Counted from the stretch's first letter, positions 35,871 through 44,922 are shown. The stretch is 64,000 nucleotides of DNA from Gemmatimonadota bacterium (GCA_007118565.1 SKRI01000097.1:10412-74411); one strand, 5' to 3'. Notes: generated by a model not told the origin, from the letters alone. Made by a program: numbers and translations.

Positions 35871-37203
35871 CGCGGGCACACCGGAGCCCCGCGAAGATCT
35901 GCCGGCGGATCGGATAGTCCCAGTTCCGGAAGGTGCTGCGAATGGCCCCCGGCCGCGTGGCCCACGAGCCACCACGCAGAACCTTGTACTCGTCTCCGAA
36001 GAAAACCTCGGAATACTCCGGGTAGGGAAAGGTCTCATAGCCGGGATAGGGTCGGAAATCGCTCGATGTCCACTCCCACACATCCCCGATCATCCCGTAG
36101 CACCCGATGGGAGAGGTGTTGAGCGGGTAGGCGCCGACCGGCGCGCTTCCGAAGGCGAGCTGGTCGAGGTTCGCATACCTCGGTCCCGGAGGAGCATCCC
36201 CCCAGGGGAAGCGACGCCGTAACCCCCTTTCCGGATCCCAGGTCGCGGCGGCCTCCCATTCCTTCTCTGTCGGGAGGCGCTTGCCGACGTGGCGCGCGTA
36301 CGCCTCGGCCTCGAAGTAGCAGACGTGGCAGACGGGCCGGTGCGGGGCGACCGGCTCGGTCCGGTCCATGATGCGGTAATGCCACCCGCCTTCAGCCCGG
36401 AACCAGTACTTCGGGGCCTCGATCTCGGGGTTCTCCTCGCGCCACCGCCAGCCCGCCTCCGACCAGAGCTCGGAGCGACCGTATCCGTCCGCATCGATGA
36501 AGGCGGCGAAGTCGCCGTTCGTGACGGGCGACTGGTCGATCTCGAACGGATCGAGCACCACCTCGTGCTCTTCCCGCTCGTTGTCGTAGGCCGCGGTCCG
36601 GTCGTCCGTGCCGATGCGGACGGTTCCTCCTGGGAAGCGCGCCATTCCCTCCACCCGGCTTCCCCGCTCGGGAGTGCGGAACCCGCGCGGCGCCGAATAT
36701 GGCTCCCCCTGCTTCAGCTGCAGCGTCTGGAGGATCGTCTCGTTGTGCTGATATTCGTGCTGCAAGACCATGCGGAAGACGAAGCCCTCGCGGAGGAGCG
36801 GATCGTCGGCGGTGAGATCGACCTCCTCGAGCCCCTCCAGCACCGCTCTCCGGACGCTGGCGAGAAGGTCCAGACACTCCGACCGCGAGGGGAGCGGAAG
36901 CTGGGCACGGGTGGCCCGGGGATTCTCGAAGGGATCGAACATCCCGCGGATGTCACGATATTCGGAGGCGCCGGTCAGGTTCTGCCGTAGCCAGAGATCC
37001 TCGAACTCCGCGATGTGCCCCAGGTCCCAGACGATCGGGCTCATCAGGGGGTCGTGCTGGCGGGCGAGATCGTCGTCCGACAGCGGCGATACGAGGAGCA
37101 GGGTGCGCGCCCGCGCCTCGGTCAGCAGTTCGGCAATGCGGTCGCGAGAGAGGGCTTGCCCACCCTTCGGGGCGGCCTCCGCTATGGTCTGGGACGCTTT
37201 CAT
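35863..37203 (-). CDS. egtB: hercynine oxygenase / sulfoxide synthase (EgtB)
   Basis: DinB-like N-domain (SPIVWDLGHIAEFEDLW, QHEYQHNETI) plus an FGE-sulfatase C-domain (GGSWATRPGAIRSTFRNWDYP). I prefer the ATG at 37203 over the TTG at 37242. Confidence 0.9.
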   Translation of the reverse strand: MKASQTIAEAAPKGGQALSRDRIAELLTEARARTLLLVSPLSDDDLARQHDPLMSPIVWDLGHIAEFEDLWLRQNLTGASEYRDIRGMFDPFENPRATRAQLPLPSRSECLDLLASVRRAVLEGLEEVDLTADDPLLREGFVFRMVLQHEYQHNETILQTLQLKQGEPYSAPRGFRTPERGSRVEGMARFPGGTVRIGTDDRTAAYDNEREEHEVVLDPFEIDQSPVTNGDFAAFIDADGYGRSELWSEAGWRWREENPEIEAPKYWFRAEGGWHYRIMDRTEPVAPHRPVCHVCYFEAEAYARHVGKRLPTEKEWEAAATWDPERGLRRRFPWGDAPPGPRYANLDQLAFGSAPVGAYPLNTSPIGCYGMIGDVWEWTSSDFRPYPGYETFPYPEYSEVFFGDEYKVLRGGSWATRPGAIRSTFRNWDYPIRRQIFAGLRCARDV

Positions 37204-37325
37204 GGGATCGACGAGAGGGCGCGAGAAACAGAAAGATGACAAAGAATCGGCTCACCCGAGGGGGCGGCAGCAAAACCTTGTGCCAACCTTCGGCAACCTC
37301 CGTTCCCGGCGGTGCTGCCCCGCGG

Positions 37326-37354
37326 TGGACGGGAGGGGAGCGGACCCCTACTTT
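37326..37354 (+). promoter_or_regulatory. weak candidate promoter (TGGACG-N17-TACTTT) upstream of the receiver gene
   Basis: Read on the plus strand ~38 nt upstream of the ATG at 37392. Only a partial -35 match. Confidence 0.25.
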
Positions 37355-37391
37355 CAGGCGTGCCCTCACCGACCCGGACGATCCGAGCGAA

Positions 37392-37802
37392 ATGACCGAA
37401 GGCCCCTCCCGACCCTCGGTGCGCCACGTCCTCGTGGCCGACGATGAGCCGTATCTCGGGCGGATCGTGCAGCTCAAGCTCGAGCAGGGCCCATACAAGG
37501 TATCTCTCGTGGGAGATGGTCGGGAGGCAATGGAGCGGATCGAGGGAAGCGATCCGATCGACCTCATCCTCCTCGACATCATGATGCCGGAGATGACTGG
37601 GCTGGAGGTCCTGTCCCGAACCCGCCGCCTCGAGCACCGCCGGAAGGTCCCCATCATCATCCTGACCGCCAAGGGGCAGGAGTCGGACCGGGCACGAGCC
37701 CTCTCGCTCGGTGCCACCGACTTCTTCACCAAGCCGTTCAGCCCCAAGAAACTGGCTGCGCGCGTGAACGAGCTCTTTCAGCAGGCCGGAGATCGCACAT
37801 GA
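37392..37802 (+). CDS. single-domain response regulator (CheY-like receiver)
   Basis: VLVADDEPYL...DLILLDIMMPEMTGLEV...IIILTAKG...DFFTKPFSPKKL, with no output domain. The start was trimmed to the ATG at 37392. Confidence 0.85.
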   Translation: MTEGPSRPSVRHVLVADDEPYLGRIVQLKLEQGPYKVSLVGDGREAMERIEGSDPIDLILLDIMMPEMTGLEVLSRTRRLEHRRKVPIIILTAKGQESDRARALSLGATDFFTKPFSPKKLAARVNELFQQAGDRT

Positions 37803-38860
37803 ACGCCGGTGAAGCGGAGCCCGAGGTCTGGGCGGTGGTGCTCGCCGGAGGAATCGGATCACGGTTCTGGCCGGCGAGCACCCCCGACCGACCCAAGCAG
37901 CTCCTGCCGCTCGGCTCGGCGCGGCCGCTGATCCGGGACACCGTCGACCGGATCCTTCCCCTCGTTCCGGCAGATCGGCTGCGCATCCTGACGGGGGAGC
38001 GGCTCCGCGGACCGCTCCTCGGCGTCCTTCCGGAGCTGGACGAGGAGCACCTCTGGATCGAGCCGCGCGCCGCCGGTACCGGCCCCGCACTTCTCTGGGC
38101 GGCGGTCCGCATCGCCCGGCAGAGCCCCGGGGCGGTCATGGTATCGCTCCACGCCGATGCGGCTGTGGACGACGACGATGCTTTCCGGGATGACATCTCC
38201 CGCGCCGTTTGCCTGGCTTCGGAGCAAGGCCGGCTGATGACGGTCGGAGTCGTCCCCGACCGGCCGGAGGTGGGGTACGGCTACATCCGCACCGGCGCGC
38301 CGCTGGACGATCTTGGCGGCCTCGCCGTGGATGCCTTCGTGGAGAAGCCCGACCTCGGCACGGCGGAGCGCTACCTCTCCTCGGGCGGGTATCTCTGGAA
38401 CTCCGGGATCTTCGTCTGGCGCGTAGCCGACCTGATCGAGGAGGTCCGTGCACGGAGCCCCGAGCTGGCACGCCTCCTCCCGCTCGCGGAGGCCGGGGAT
38501 GCCGCCGGCTTCTTCGGTGGGGCCGATCCCATCTCCATCGACGAAGGCGTTCTGGAGCGGTCCGGGCGGGTCGGGGTGATTCCTGCCCGCTTCGGCTGGG
38601 ACGATGTGGGGAGCTGGGAGGCCCTCTTCCGCACGCGGGACGCAGACGCCGACGGCAACGTGCTGAGCGGTCGCGCCGTTGGAGTCGAGAGCAGTGGGTG
38701 CGCGCTTTACGCCGAGCAGGGGGCGGTCGTGGCATTCGATGTGGACGACCTCATAGTCGTCCGCACCGGAGAGGTGACGCTCGTTACCCGCCGGGAGCGC
38801 GCGGCCGATCTCAAGTCGCTTCTACGCGACCTTCCCGACGACCTCAGACCGCAGAGCTGA
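37799..38860 (+). CDS. manC: mannose-1-phosphate guanylyltransferase
   Basis: WAVVLAGGIGSRFWPASTPDRPKQLLPL, GYGYI, GGYLWNSGIFVW and FGWDDVGSW. ATGA overlap with the receiver gene's stop. Confidence 0.85.
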   Translation: MNAGEAEPEVWAVVLAGGIGSRFWPASTPDRPKQLLPLGSARPLIRDTVDRILPLVPADRLRILTGERLRGPLLGVLPELDEEHLWIEPRAAGTGPALLWAAVRIARQSPGAVMVSLHADAAVDDDDAFRDDISRAVCLASEQGRLMTVGVVPDRPEVGYGYIRTGAPLDDLGGLAVDAFVEKPDLGTAERYLSSGGYLWNSGIFVWRVADLIEEVRARSPELARLLPLAEAGDAAGFFGGADPISIDEGVLERSGRVGVIPARFGWDDVGSWEALFRTRDADADGNVLSGRAVGVESSGCALYAEQGAVVAFDVDDLIVVRTGEVTLVTRRERAADLKSLLRDLPDDLRPQS

Positions 38861-38867
38861 ACCGACC

Positions 38868-40121
38868 ATGGCCGATCCCGTCCTCATCCTCTTCGACGAC
38901 CGCACAGCCCGGGAGTGGGAGCCGTTTTCCCTCACCCGCCCCGCCGGAGAGCTCGTATTCGGCGCTCTCGTCCAGCGGGCTCGCCTGGAGCGCTTCACCG
39001 GCCTGAGCTGCGCGGGACACGTCACGGCGGCGCACCTCCGCGGCTTCACCGAGGCCGGGTCCGCGCCGGTGATCGAGCCCGACGACGTTTCCACGGACCG
39101 GACGCGCCTCTTCCTCTCGTCCCGGGTCGTCCCCGCCTGGGAGGCCGGAGCGGCGTTTCGGGACGATCTCGGCGGTGCGGGAAGAGCGATTCGCCTCGCG
39201 GGACAGAACGTCGGCTTCCTCGTCCCGGCCGGCCAGCCTGCGCCGTCTGCCGACCAATTCCTCGACCCCGGGGAGGCGGCGACCGGGGAGGACCCGATCG
39301 ACATTCCGGGGGAGGTCATCGAGGAGGTGTGGGAGCTGGCGCTGGACACGCCCTCGCAGCTCCTCCTCGACATCCCGGCGGTGGCGCCCGATCCCGCGGT
39401 TTCTCTGGGGGAGGGCGTCTACCGGATCGGCAGCGGAGCGGTACACCTCGGTGAAGGGGTGGTCATCGAGCCGGGTGTGGTGCTCGACACCACGGACGGC
39501 CCCATCTGGCTCGACGACGGCGCCGCGGTTCGGGCATTCACCCGCTTGGCCGGTCCGGCCTATGTCGGTCCCAACTCGACCATTCTGGGTGGCTCCGTGG
39601 AGGCGGTATCGATCGGCCCTGTCTGCAAGGTGCGCGGCGAGGTCGCGGAAAGCGTCCTCCTCGGCTTCTGCAACAAGGCCCACGACGGCCATCTCGGCCA
39701 TGCCTATCTCGGCCGCTGGGTCAACCTTGGAGCGGAGACCACGAACAGCGATCTGAAGAACAACTACGGGAGCATCCGCATCACCACCGCGGCGGGAGAG
39801 CGGGACACCGGTCGCATCAAGCTCGGCTCCCTACTCGGCGATCATGTGAAGACCGGGATTGGCCTCCTGCTGAACACGGGGACGGTCGTCGGGGCGGGGA
39901 GCAACCTCTTCGGCGCGGAGATGCCGCCCAAGTGGGTCCCCCCGTTCCGGTGGGGGAGCGGTGACCAACTCGTTCCCTTCCGGGTGGACAAGTTCCTGGA
40001 GGTGGCCGAACGGGTTATGGAGCGTCGAGGGGTGGCGCTGGGAGACGGCGCCCGGGAGCAGCTGGAGGCGTCCTGGCGGCGGGGGTGCGCCCAGGCCGGG
40101 GACGAGGTGGAGCAGAGGTGA
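38868..40121 (+). CDS. putative sugar nucleotidyltransferase with left-handed beta-helix domain (GlmU-like family)
   Basis: ILFDD...PFSLTRPAGEL N-domain and hexapeptide-repeat C-half (IGPVCKVRGEV..., GRWVNLGAETTNSDLKNNYG). The canonical GxGTR motif was not seen. Confidence 0.6.
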   Translation: MADPVLILFDDRTAREWEPFSLTRPAGELVFGALVQRARLERFTGLSCAGHVTAAHLRGFTEAGSAPVIEPDDVSTDRTRLFLSSRVVPAWEAGAAFRDDLGGAGRAIRLAGQNVGFLVPAGQPAPSADQFLDPGEAATGEDPIDIPGEVIEEVWELALDTPSQLLLDIPAVAPDPAVSLGEGVYRIGSGAVHLGEGVVIEPGVVLDTTDGPIWLDDGAAVRAFTRLAGPAYVGPNSTILGGSVEAVSIGPVCKVRGEVAESVLLGFCNKAHDGHLGHAYLGRWVNLGAETTNSDLKNNYGSIRITTAAGERDTGRIKLGSLLGDHVKTGIGLLLNTGTVVGAGSNLFGAEMPPKWVPPFRWGSGDQLVPFRVDKFLEVAERVMERRGVALGDGAREQLEASWRRGCAQAGDEVEQR

Positions 40122-40939
40122 GAGTCACCGTCCTCGGAAGTGGCAGTCGCGGCAACGCGGTCCTGGTCGACGGGGGCGGGGTGCGCCTCCTCGTCGACGC
40201 GGGGTTCAGCGGACGCGAGCTGGCCCGTCGTCTCGATGCGGTCGATGTCCACCCGGAATCGATCGATGCCCTGCTCGTGACGCACGACCACCGCGACCAT
40301 GTGCGGGGGATGGGCATTGCGGCGCGTCGGTGGGGGTGGCCCATCTTCGCCACCGATGCCACCGTCGGTGCCTGCCGGGCGCTGCTCGATGGGACGGAGC
40401 AAATTCGTCGGTATCGGGCGCAGCGTCCGCTCCGCATCGGCGGATTGCGCATCGATCCGTTCCTCACGGTCCACGATGCGGTGGACCCGATCGCGATCAC
40501 CGTCGAGGAGGAAGCGAGCGGAAATCGCCTCGGAATCGCCACCGACCTCGGACGCCCCACCACCGCGGTCCGCCATGCGCTACGTGACTGTCACCTGCTG
40601 ATCCTCGAGGCAAACCACGACGAGGGGATGCTGCGCCGGAGCCCGTACCCCTGGTCGGTGCAAGCCCGTATCGCCGGCAGTCACGGTCACCTCTCGAACG
40701 GGGCGGCCGGTCGGCTCGCCGCGGAGCTGTGCCACGAAGCGCTGGGGGGAGTGATCCTCGCCCACCTGAGCGAGCGGGCCAATCAGCCGGAGCTGGCGCA
40801 AGAGACCGTTGCGCGCGCCCTGGACGGCGCCGGGTACGAGGGAACGCTGAAGGTGGCGCGGCAGTCGGAACCGATCACCCCTGTCGAGCTGACCCGGCTC
40901 CGCAATTGCCTGATGCCCGCCCAGCTCGCGCTACTCTGA
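40118..40939 (+). CDS. MBL-fold metallo-hydrolase (YycJ/PhnP-like)
   Basis: VTVLGSGSRGNAVLV and the THDHRDH (HxHxDH) motif. The GTG start makes a GTGA overlap with the upstream stop. Confidence 0.8.
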   Translation: MRVTVLGSGSRGNAVLVDGGGVRLLVDAGFSGRELARRLDAVDVHPESIDALLVTHDHRDHVRGMGIAARRWGWPIFATDATVGACRALLDGTEQIRRYRAQRPLRIGGLRIDPFLTVHDAVDPIAITVEEEASGNRLGIATDLGRPTTAVRHALRDCHLLILEANHDEGMLRRSPYPWSVQARIAGSHGHLSNGAAGRLAAELCHEALGGVILAHLSERANQPELAQETVARALDGAGYEGTLKVARQSEPITPVELTRLRNCLMPAQLALL

Positions 40940-40947
40940 GAACGCGA

Positions 40948-40982
40948 GCGGGGCCGTCCTGAAGGACGGCCCCGCAAAAAAA
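40948..40982. terminator. 12-bp GC hairpin (GCGGGGCCGTCC-TGAA-GGACGGCCCCGC) + A7 between convergent genes
   Basis: Perfect stem read directly from the sequence, 9 nt after the MBL stop. The A-run is 3' on the plus strand, which puts the U-run 5' of the hairpin on the minus strand. This polarity is non-canonical in both directions. Confidence 0.45.
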
Positions 40983-41001
40983 TCGCATACGATCGGGACG
41001 A

Positions 41002-41385
41002 CTACGCGGCGGCCTCTTTCTCTTCCTGCTGCTTGCAGCCCAGGCAATAGCGGGCGTGCGGGAGCGCGTCCAGCCGCTCGAACGGAAGCTCCTCCCCGCA
41101 GCGGTGACATTTCCCGAACTCTTCCGGCTCCTTGTACAGGCGCCGGAGCGCCTCCTCGAGGCGGTAGAGATACCGGCCTTCCTTGCTGGCGAAGAGGAAC
41201 GACTTCTCCCGCTCCATGGCATCCGTTCCCTGATCGGCCATGTGCAGCGAATAGCTGGCCAGGTCGGAATCCGCCGAATCACGAGACATCTTCGAGAGCT
41301 CGTCGAAGCGGCCGAGAGACCGCAAGACTCTCTCGCGCTCCCGGAGGAGCCGACGCTCGATGTGATCGAGCTGCTGACGATCCAT
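41002..41385 (-). CDS. DksA/TraR-family C4 zinc-finger protein
   Basis: CHRCGEELPFERLDALPHARYCLGCK (CxxC-N17-CxxC) after a coiled-coil region. The ATG at 41385 is preceded by AGGAGG. Confidence 0.8.
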   Translation of the reverse strand: MDRQQLDHIERRLLRERERVLRSLGRFDELSKMSRDSADSDLASYSLHMADQGTDAMEREKSFLFASKEGRYLYRLEEALRRLYKEPEEFGKCHRCGEELPFERLDALPHARYCLGCKQQEEKEAAA

Positions 41386-41539
41386 GTCGAGCCTCCTGGG
41401 TCGGAGGAATGAAATCACGCTCCGCTCATCTCCTTAGACGACCGGAAACCGTGTCCGTCAGCGAAGAATATAACACGCTTGGCACCGCCAAGATAGAGCC
41501 GACTTCACCATATCCGGCGAGGGGAATCTCCCCCCATCT

Positions 41540-42910
41540 TCAGATTCCGAAGAACCGGAGGAAGTCGTTCGTAATCACCCAGACCATCAATCCGACGACG
41601 AAGATCAAACCCAGATGGGAAAGCCGGATTCGTTGCTCCACCGAAAGGGGCCGCCCGCGAACTGCCTCCAGCCCGAGGAACAGGAGGTGGCCGCCGTCGA
41701 GCACCGGAATCGGCAGCAGGTTGAGGATGGCCAGGTTCACCGAGAAGAAGGCCATGAACCAGATCAGCGAGCCCCACCCCACCCGCAGGCGGTCTCCAGA
41801 GATCTGGGCGATGGCGAGCGGCCCGCCCAAGTCGCGGGGTGATTCGTGGCCGGCAACCAGGTTGCGCAGGAAGCCGAAGACCATGGCGGACTGCTCCCAG
41901 GTCTGCTCGCCTCCCCGGGACAGGGCGGCCACCGGCCCGTAGCGCCGGATCTCCCGTTCGGACACCTCGACCCCCACGCCGATCCTGCCGATCGGTACCC
42001 GGCGAGTCCGCTCGTCCAGCCGCGTGTCGATGTCCGGGGTCACCGTGAGCGCAAGCCTCTCCCCGGCACGGTCGACCACGAGGCCGAGCTGCTCTCCCGG
42101 ATGCGCCTCGATGATGCGAACCAGCTCGCCCCAGACCCGAACCTCCTGCCCCCCTGCCTCGAGGATCCGGTCGCCGGGCTGCAGCCCCACCTCGGCTGCC
42201 GGGCTACCCTCGACGACCTCTCCCACCACCGGCTCGATGTACTGGGTGATGCTCGCGAAGAGGGCGAAGCGGTCCGAATCTCCCTGGGGAAGCTGCAGGA
42301 CCACCGGATCCGCATCGGCGAAGCGGAGCACGGTCGAGCCCGGGGAGGCGCTTCGGAAGGCGTCGAACACCTCGTTCCAGGTCTCCACCCGGTGCTCACC
42401 CACGGCCACGAGCTCGGCTCCGTCCGGTATGTTCGCGAGCGGTTCCGCGATCCCGGTGAGCTCCTCACGCTCGAGGATCGCGATGCTCGTATTCGGATCG
42501 ATCGCCTCGCCGCCGACGAAGAAGAGCCCCGCGTGCAGGAGCCCCGCGAAGATGATGTTGAAGATGACACCGGCCGAGATCACCCAGGCTCGGGCCCAAA
42601 TCGGCTTGGAGTCGAACGAGGTCGGCGGGGGCTGGTGATCCTCGACCGGCCCGACCAAGCCTTCATCTCCCTCCCCGCCCGCGAGCGGATCGTCCTCCAT
42701 GCCCTCCAACTTGACGTACCCCCCGAGCGGGACCGCGGAGATGATCCACTCGGTTCCCCAGGCACGGAAGCCGGTCACCCGGGGGCCCATGCCGATGGAG
42801 AAGCGGGGCACGCCGATCCCCACCGACTTCGCGGCCACGTAGTGCCCCAGCTCGTGGACGAAGATCAGGACCGAGAGTACGACGAGTAGAGCGAAAACCG
42901 TGGTCAGCAA
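41540..42910 (-). CDS. rseP: RIP metalloprotease RseP (site-2 protease)
   Basis: HELGHYVAAK zinc motif, PDZ region and C-terminal NLLPIPVLDGGH. TTG start. Confidence 0.93.
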   Translation of the reverse strand: MLTTVFALLVVLSVLIFVHELGHYVAAKSVGIGVPRFSIGMGPRVTGFRAWGTEWIISAVPLGGYVKLEGMEDDPLAGGEGDEGLVGPVEDHQPPPTSFDSKPIWARAWVISAGVIFNIIFAGLLHAGLFFVGGEAIDPNTSIAILEREELTGIAEPLANIPDGAELVAVGEHRVETWNEVFDAFRSASPGSTVLRFADADPVVLQLPQGDSDRFALFASITQYIEPVVGEVVEGSPAAEVGLQPGDRILEAGGQEVRVWGELVRIIEAHPGEQLGLVVDRAGERLALTVTPDIDTRLDERTRRVPIGRIGVGVEVSEREIRRYGPVAALSRGGEQTWEQSAMVFGFLRNLVAGHESPRDLGGPLAIAQISGDRLRVGWGSLIWFMAFFSVNLAILNLLPIPVLDGGHLLFLGLEAVRGRPLSVEQRIRLSHLGLIFVVGLMVWVITNDFLRFFGI

Positions 42911-44067
42911 AGCGCCTGGCTCCGTACGAAATGGTCAGTCACGCGGCGCGCCCATGCATCGGCGTGCCACACGTCATCAAGGGATCCGAGCTCCGTCTGC
43001 TCCCACCGATCGAGCGCATCGGCCACGGCCGCCGGAATGCCCGGGAAGTCGAGCCGATCCTCCAGAAAGGCGGCGACGGCAACCTCGTTCGCGGCGTTGA
43101 AGACGGCCGGAGCCGTCCCGCCGGCGCGTCCGGCCTCCACCCCCAGCCCGAAGATCGGGAAGGCAGCGTGCCGCACCGGCTCGAAGCTGAGGTCCCCGGC
43201 GGCGACGGGATCGAATCGCCGGGACTCGTAGCGCATCCGGTCCGGATACGTGAGCGCGTAGAGGATGGGGATCTCCATGGAGGGAAAGCCCATCTGCGCC
43301 AGAACCGATCCGTCTACGAACTCCACCATGGAGTGGATGATCGACTGCGGATGCACCACCGTTTCGATGTTGTCGTACGACATGCCGAAGAGGTGGTGTG
43401 CCTCGATCACCTCGAGCGCCTTGTTGGCCAGCGTGGCCGAATCGATGGTGATCTTGGCCCCCATCTCCCACGTCGGGTGTCGAAGCGCATCCGCCCGCCG
43501 GACGTCGGAGAGCCGCGCCTCGCTCCACTCGCGGAACGGGCCGCCGGAGGCCGTCAGGACCAGCTTTCGCACCTCCCCTCTGGCGGCACACCCCTGCAGG
43601 CACTGGAATATGGCGCTGTGCTCGCTGTCGACCGGGATCAGCTCCCCGCCCCCCTCCTCCTCCGCCCGGCGCACGAGCGGACCCGCGCACACCAGCGACT
43701 CCTTGTTGGCGAGGGCCACCCGCTTGCCCGCCCGCAGCGCGGCAATCGTCGAGGCGAGCCCAGCTGCGCCGACCAGCGCGTTCAGGACGATCTCCGCGTC
43801 GGGATGGGTCGCGGCCTCGATCAGCGCCTCCCGCCCCTGCATCCAGTCCGCTCCGCCGGAGGGGTCCGCCGGCATGGCCGCATCGGCGTCGGCGACGACC
43901 GCCAGACGGGGCCGGTAGCGATCGACGAGCTCCGCGAGCACATCGACGCTTCGGTGCGCCGTGAGGGCCACCGGTCGGAAGCTCCCGTCGAGCTGATCGA
44001 GCACGCGAAGCGTGCTGCGGCCGATCGATCCGGTCGCACCCAAGATGCTGATCCCGCGGGTGCTCAC
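42904..44067 (-). CDS. dxr: 1-deoxy-D-xylulose-5-phosphate reductoisomerase
   Basis: ISILGATGSIGRSTL, LANKESLV and DSEHSAIFQC. The GTG at 44067 makes a GTGA overlap with the cdsA stop. The 640-aa ORF-track version is a spurious extension over cdsA. Confidence 0.95.
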   Translation of the reverse strand: MSTRGISILGATGSIGRSTLRVLDQLDGSFRPVALTAHRSVDVLAELVDRYRPRLAVVADADAAMPADPSGGADWMQGREALIEAATHPDAEIVLNALVGAAGLASTIAALRAGKRVALANKESLVCAGPLVRRAEEEGGGELIPVDSEHSAIFQCLQGCAARGEVRKLVLTASGGPFREWSEARLSDVRRADALRHPTWEMGAKITIDSATLANKALEVIEAHHLFGMSYDNIETVVHPQSIIHSMVEFVDGSVLAQMGFPSMEIPILYALTYPDRMRYESRRFDPVAAGDLSFEPVRHAAFPIFGLGVEAGRAGGTAPAVFNAANEVAVAAFLEDRLDFPGIPAAVADALDRWEQTELGSLDDVWHADAWARRVTDHFVRSQALC

Positions 44068-44906
44068 GGGCCGACCAGATAGAAGAAGAAAAAGTACGCC
44101 AGCGGTATCGTGAAGAGCAGAGCGTCGAATCGGTCGAGGGCGCCCCCGTGTCCCGGAAGCAGGGTGCCGGAGTCCTTGACTCCCGCGTCCCGCTTCAGGA
44201 GCGACTCGACCAGATCCCCGACCTGTGCCGCGACCGCGACGAGGAGGCCAAGTCCTAGGGCGACGGGGAGGGATACCCGATAGGTGGGAAATTGCTCCAG
44301 CCAGAAGGCGTAGGGAAGGGCGACGAGCACGGTGGCCGTGATCCCGGCAACGGAGCCCTCGACCGTCTTCCCCGGGCTCACCGAGGGGATGAGCTTGTTG
44401 CGCCCGAAGCGACGTCCCCCGAAATACGCCGCGGAATCGTTGACCCAGGTGAGGAGGACGGGGAGGAAAAGCAGCGACGCCCCGTGGAGGGAGGATTCGA
44501 TGCCGGGGAGATGGCGCAGCAGGACGGCGTACGCGAGCAGGCCGCCGGTGTACGCCGCCCCGAATACCGTGGCGGCGGCCGCCAGGAGAGGGCCTTCCTC
44601 CGGCTTGCGCGCCCCGATGACACCGGCCGCCATCACCAGCGTCGTCAAGATCAGCCAGACGCCTATCCCGCCGGCCGCGAATCCGACACCGGCGATCAGA
44701 ACGGCACCTACCGCCATCACGACCCCCGGCAGCTGCAGTGGACGAGCGCCGACCGCCCGGGCGAGCTGATAGAACTCGCGCGCGGCGAGGCCCGCCACCA
44801 CCGCGACCAGAAGGGTCAGCCACCACCCTCCCAGGTAGATGACGAGGAGAGCAACGGGAATGCCGATCGCGGCTACGAGAAGGCGGACCGCTGTCTCCGA
44901 CCTCAC
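44064..44906 (-). CDS. cdsA: phosphatidate cytidylyltransferase
   Basis: Polytopic protein with the C-terminal signature SLLKRDAGVKDSGTLLPGHGGALDRFD. Confidence 0.93.
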   Translation of the reverse strand: MRSETAVRLLVAAIGIPVALLVIYLGGWWLTLLVAVVAGLAAREFYQLARAVGARPLQLPGVVMAVGAVLIAGVGFAAGGIGVWLILTTLVMAAGVIGARKPEEGPLLAAAATVFGAAYTGGLLAYAVLLRHLPGIESSLHGASLLFLPVLLTWVNDSAAYFGGRRFGRNKLIPSVSPGKTVEGSVAGITATVLVALPYAFWLEQFPTYRVSLPVALGLGLLVAVAAQVGDLVESLLKRDAGVKDSGTLLPGHGGALDRFDALLFTIPLAYFFFFYLVGP

Positions 44907-44922
44907 TGCACCGACCCCGGGT

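Noticed and set aside
37270-37285. Sigma54-like element TGGCAC-AAGGTT-TTGC on the minus strand upstream of egtB. It is tempting because a sigma54 activator is encoded in the window.
   Set aside because: The GG-to-GC distance is one nucleotide longer than in the canonical TGGCAC-N5-TTGC (compare glnAp2, TGGCACAGATTTCGC). Sigma54 promoters are known to be intolerant of spacing changes. It is worth a genome-wide PWM scan, but I do not call it a promoter.
40118-40939. The MBL-fold hydrolase or nearby genes, considered as the missing EgtE.
   Set aside because: EgtE is a PLP-dependent C-S lyase. No PLP-lysine-type aminotransferase fold was recognised in any ORF near the egt genes.
41440-41540. AT-rich patch with TATATT (41467-41472) upstream of the DksA-like gene, considered as a promoter.
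   Set aside because: I could not find an acceptable -35 hexamer at 16-18 nt spacing. TTGGCG is only 13 nt away. I left it uncalled, although a promoter is likely somewhere in this 150-nt gap. The same applies to the AT-rich patch at 11136-11169 upstream of rpsO.
42904-44826. Long N-terminal extensions of real genes in the ORF track: dxr 640 aa, pyrH 426 aa (46323..47603), pgeF 435 aa (18816..20123), hydrolase 438 aa (24124..25440), creatininase 382 aa (61452..62600), rpsI, rplM, frr and rimP.
   Set aside because: The extensions overlap the upstream gene in another frame, are Arg/Gly/Pro-rich, and precede the point where family homology begins. Internal ATG or GTG codons that form 4-nt overlaps or give typical protein lengths fit better.
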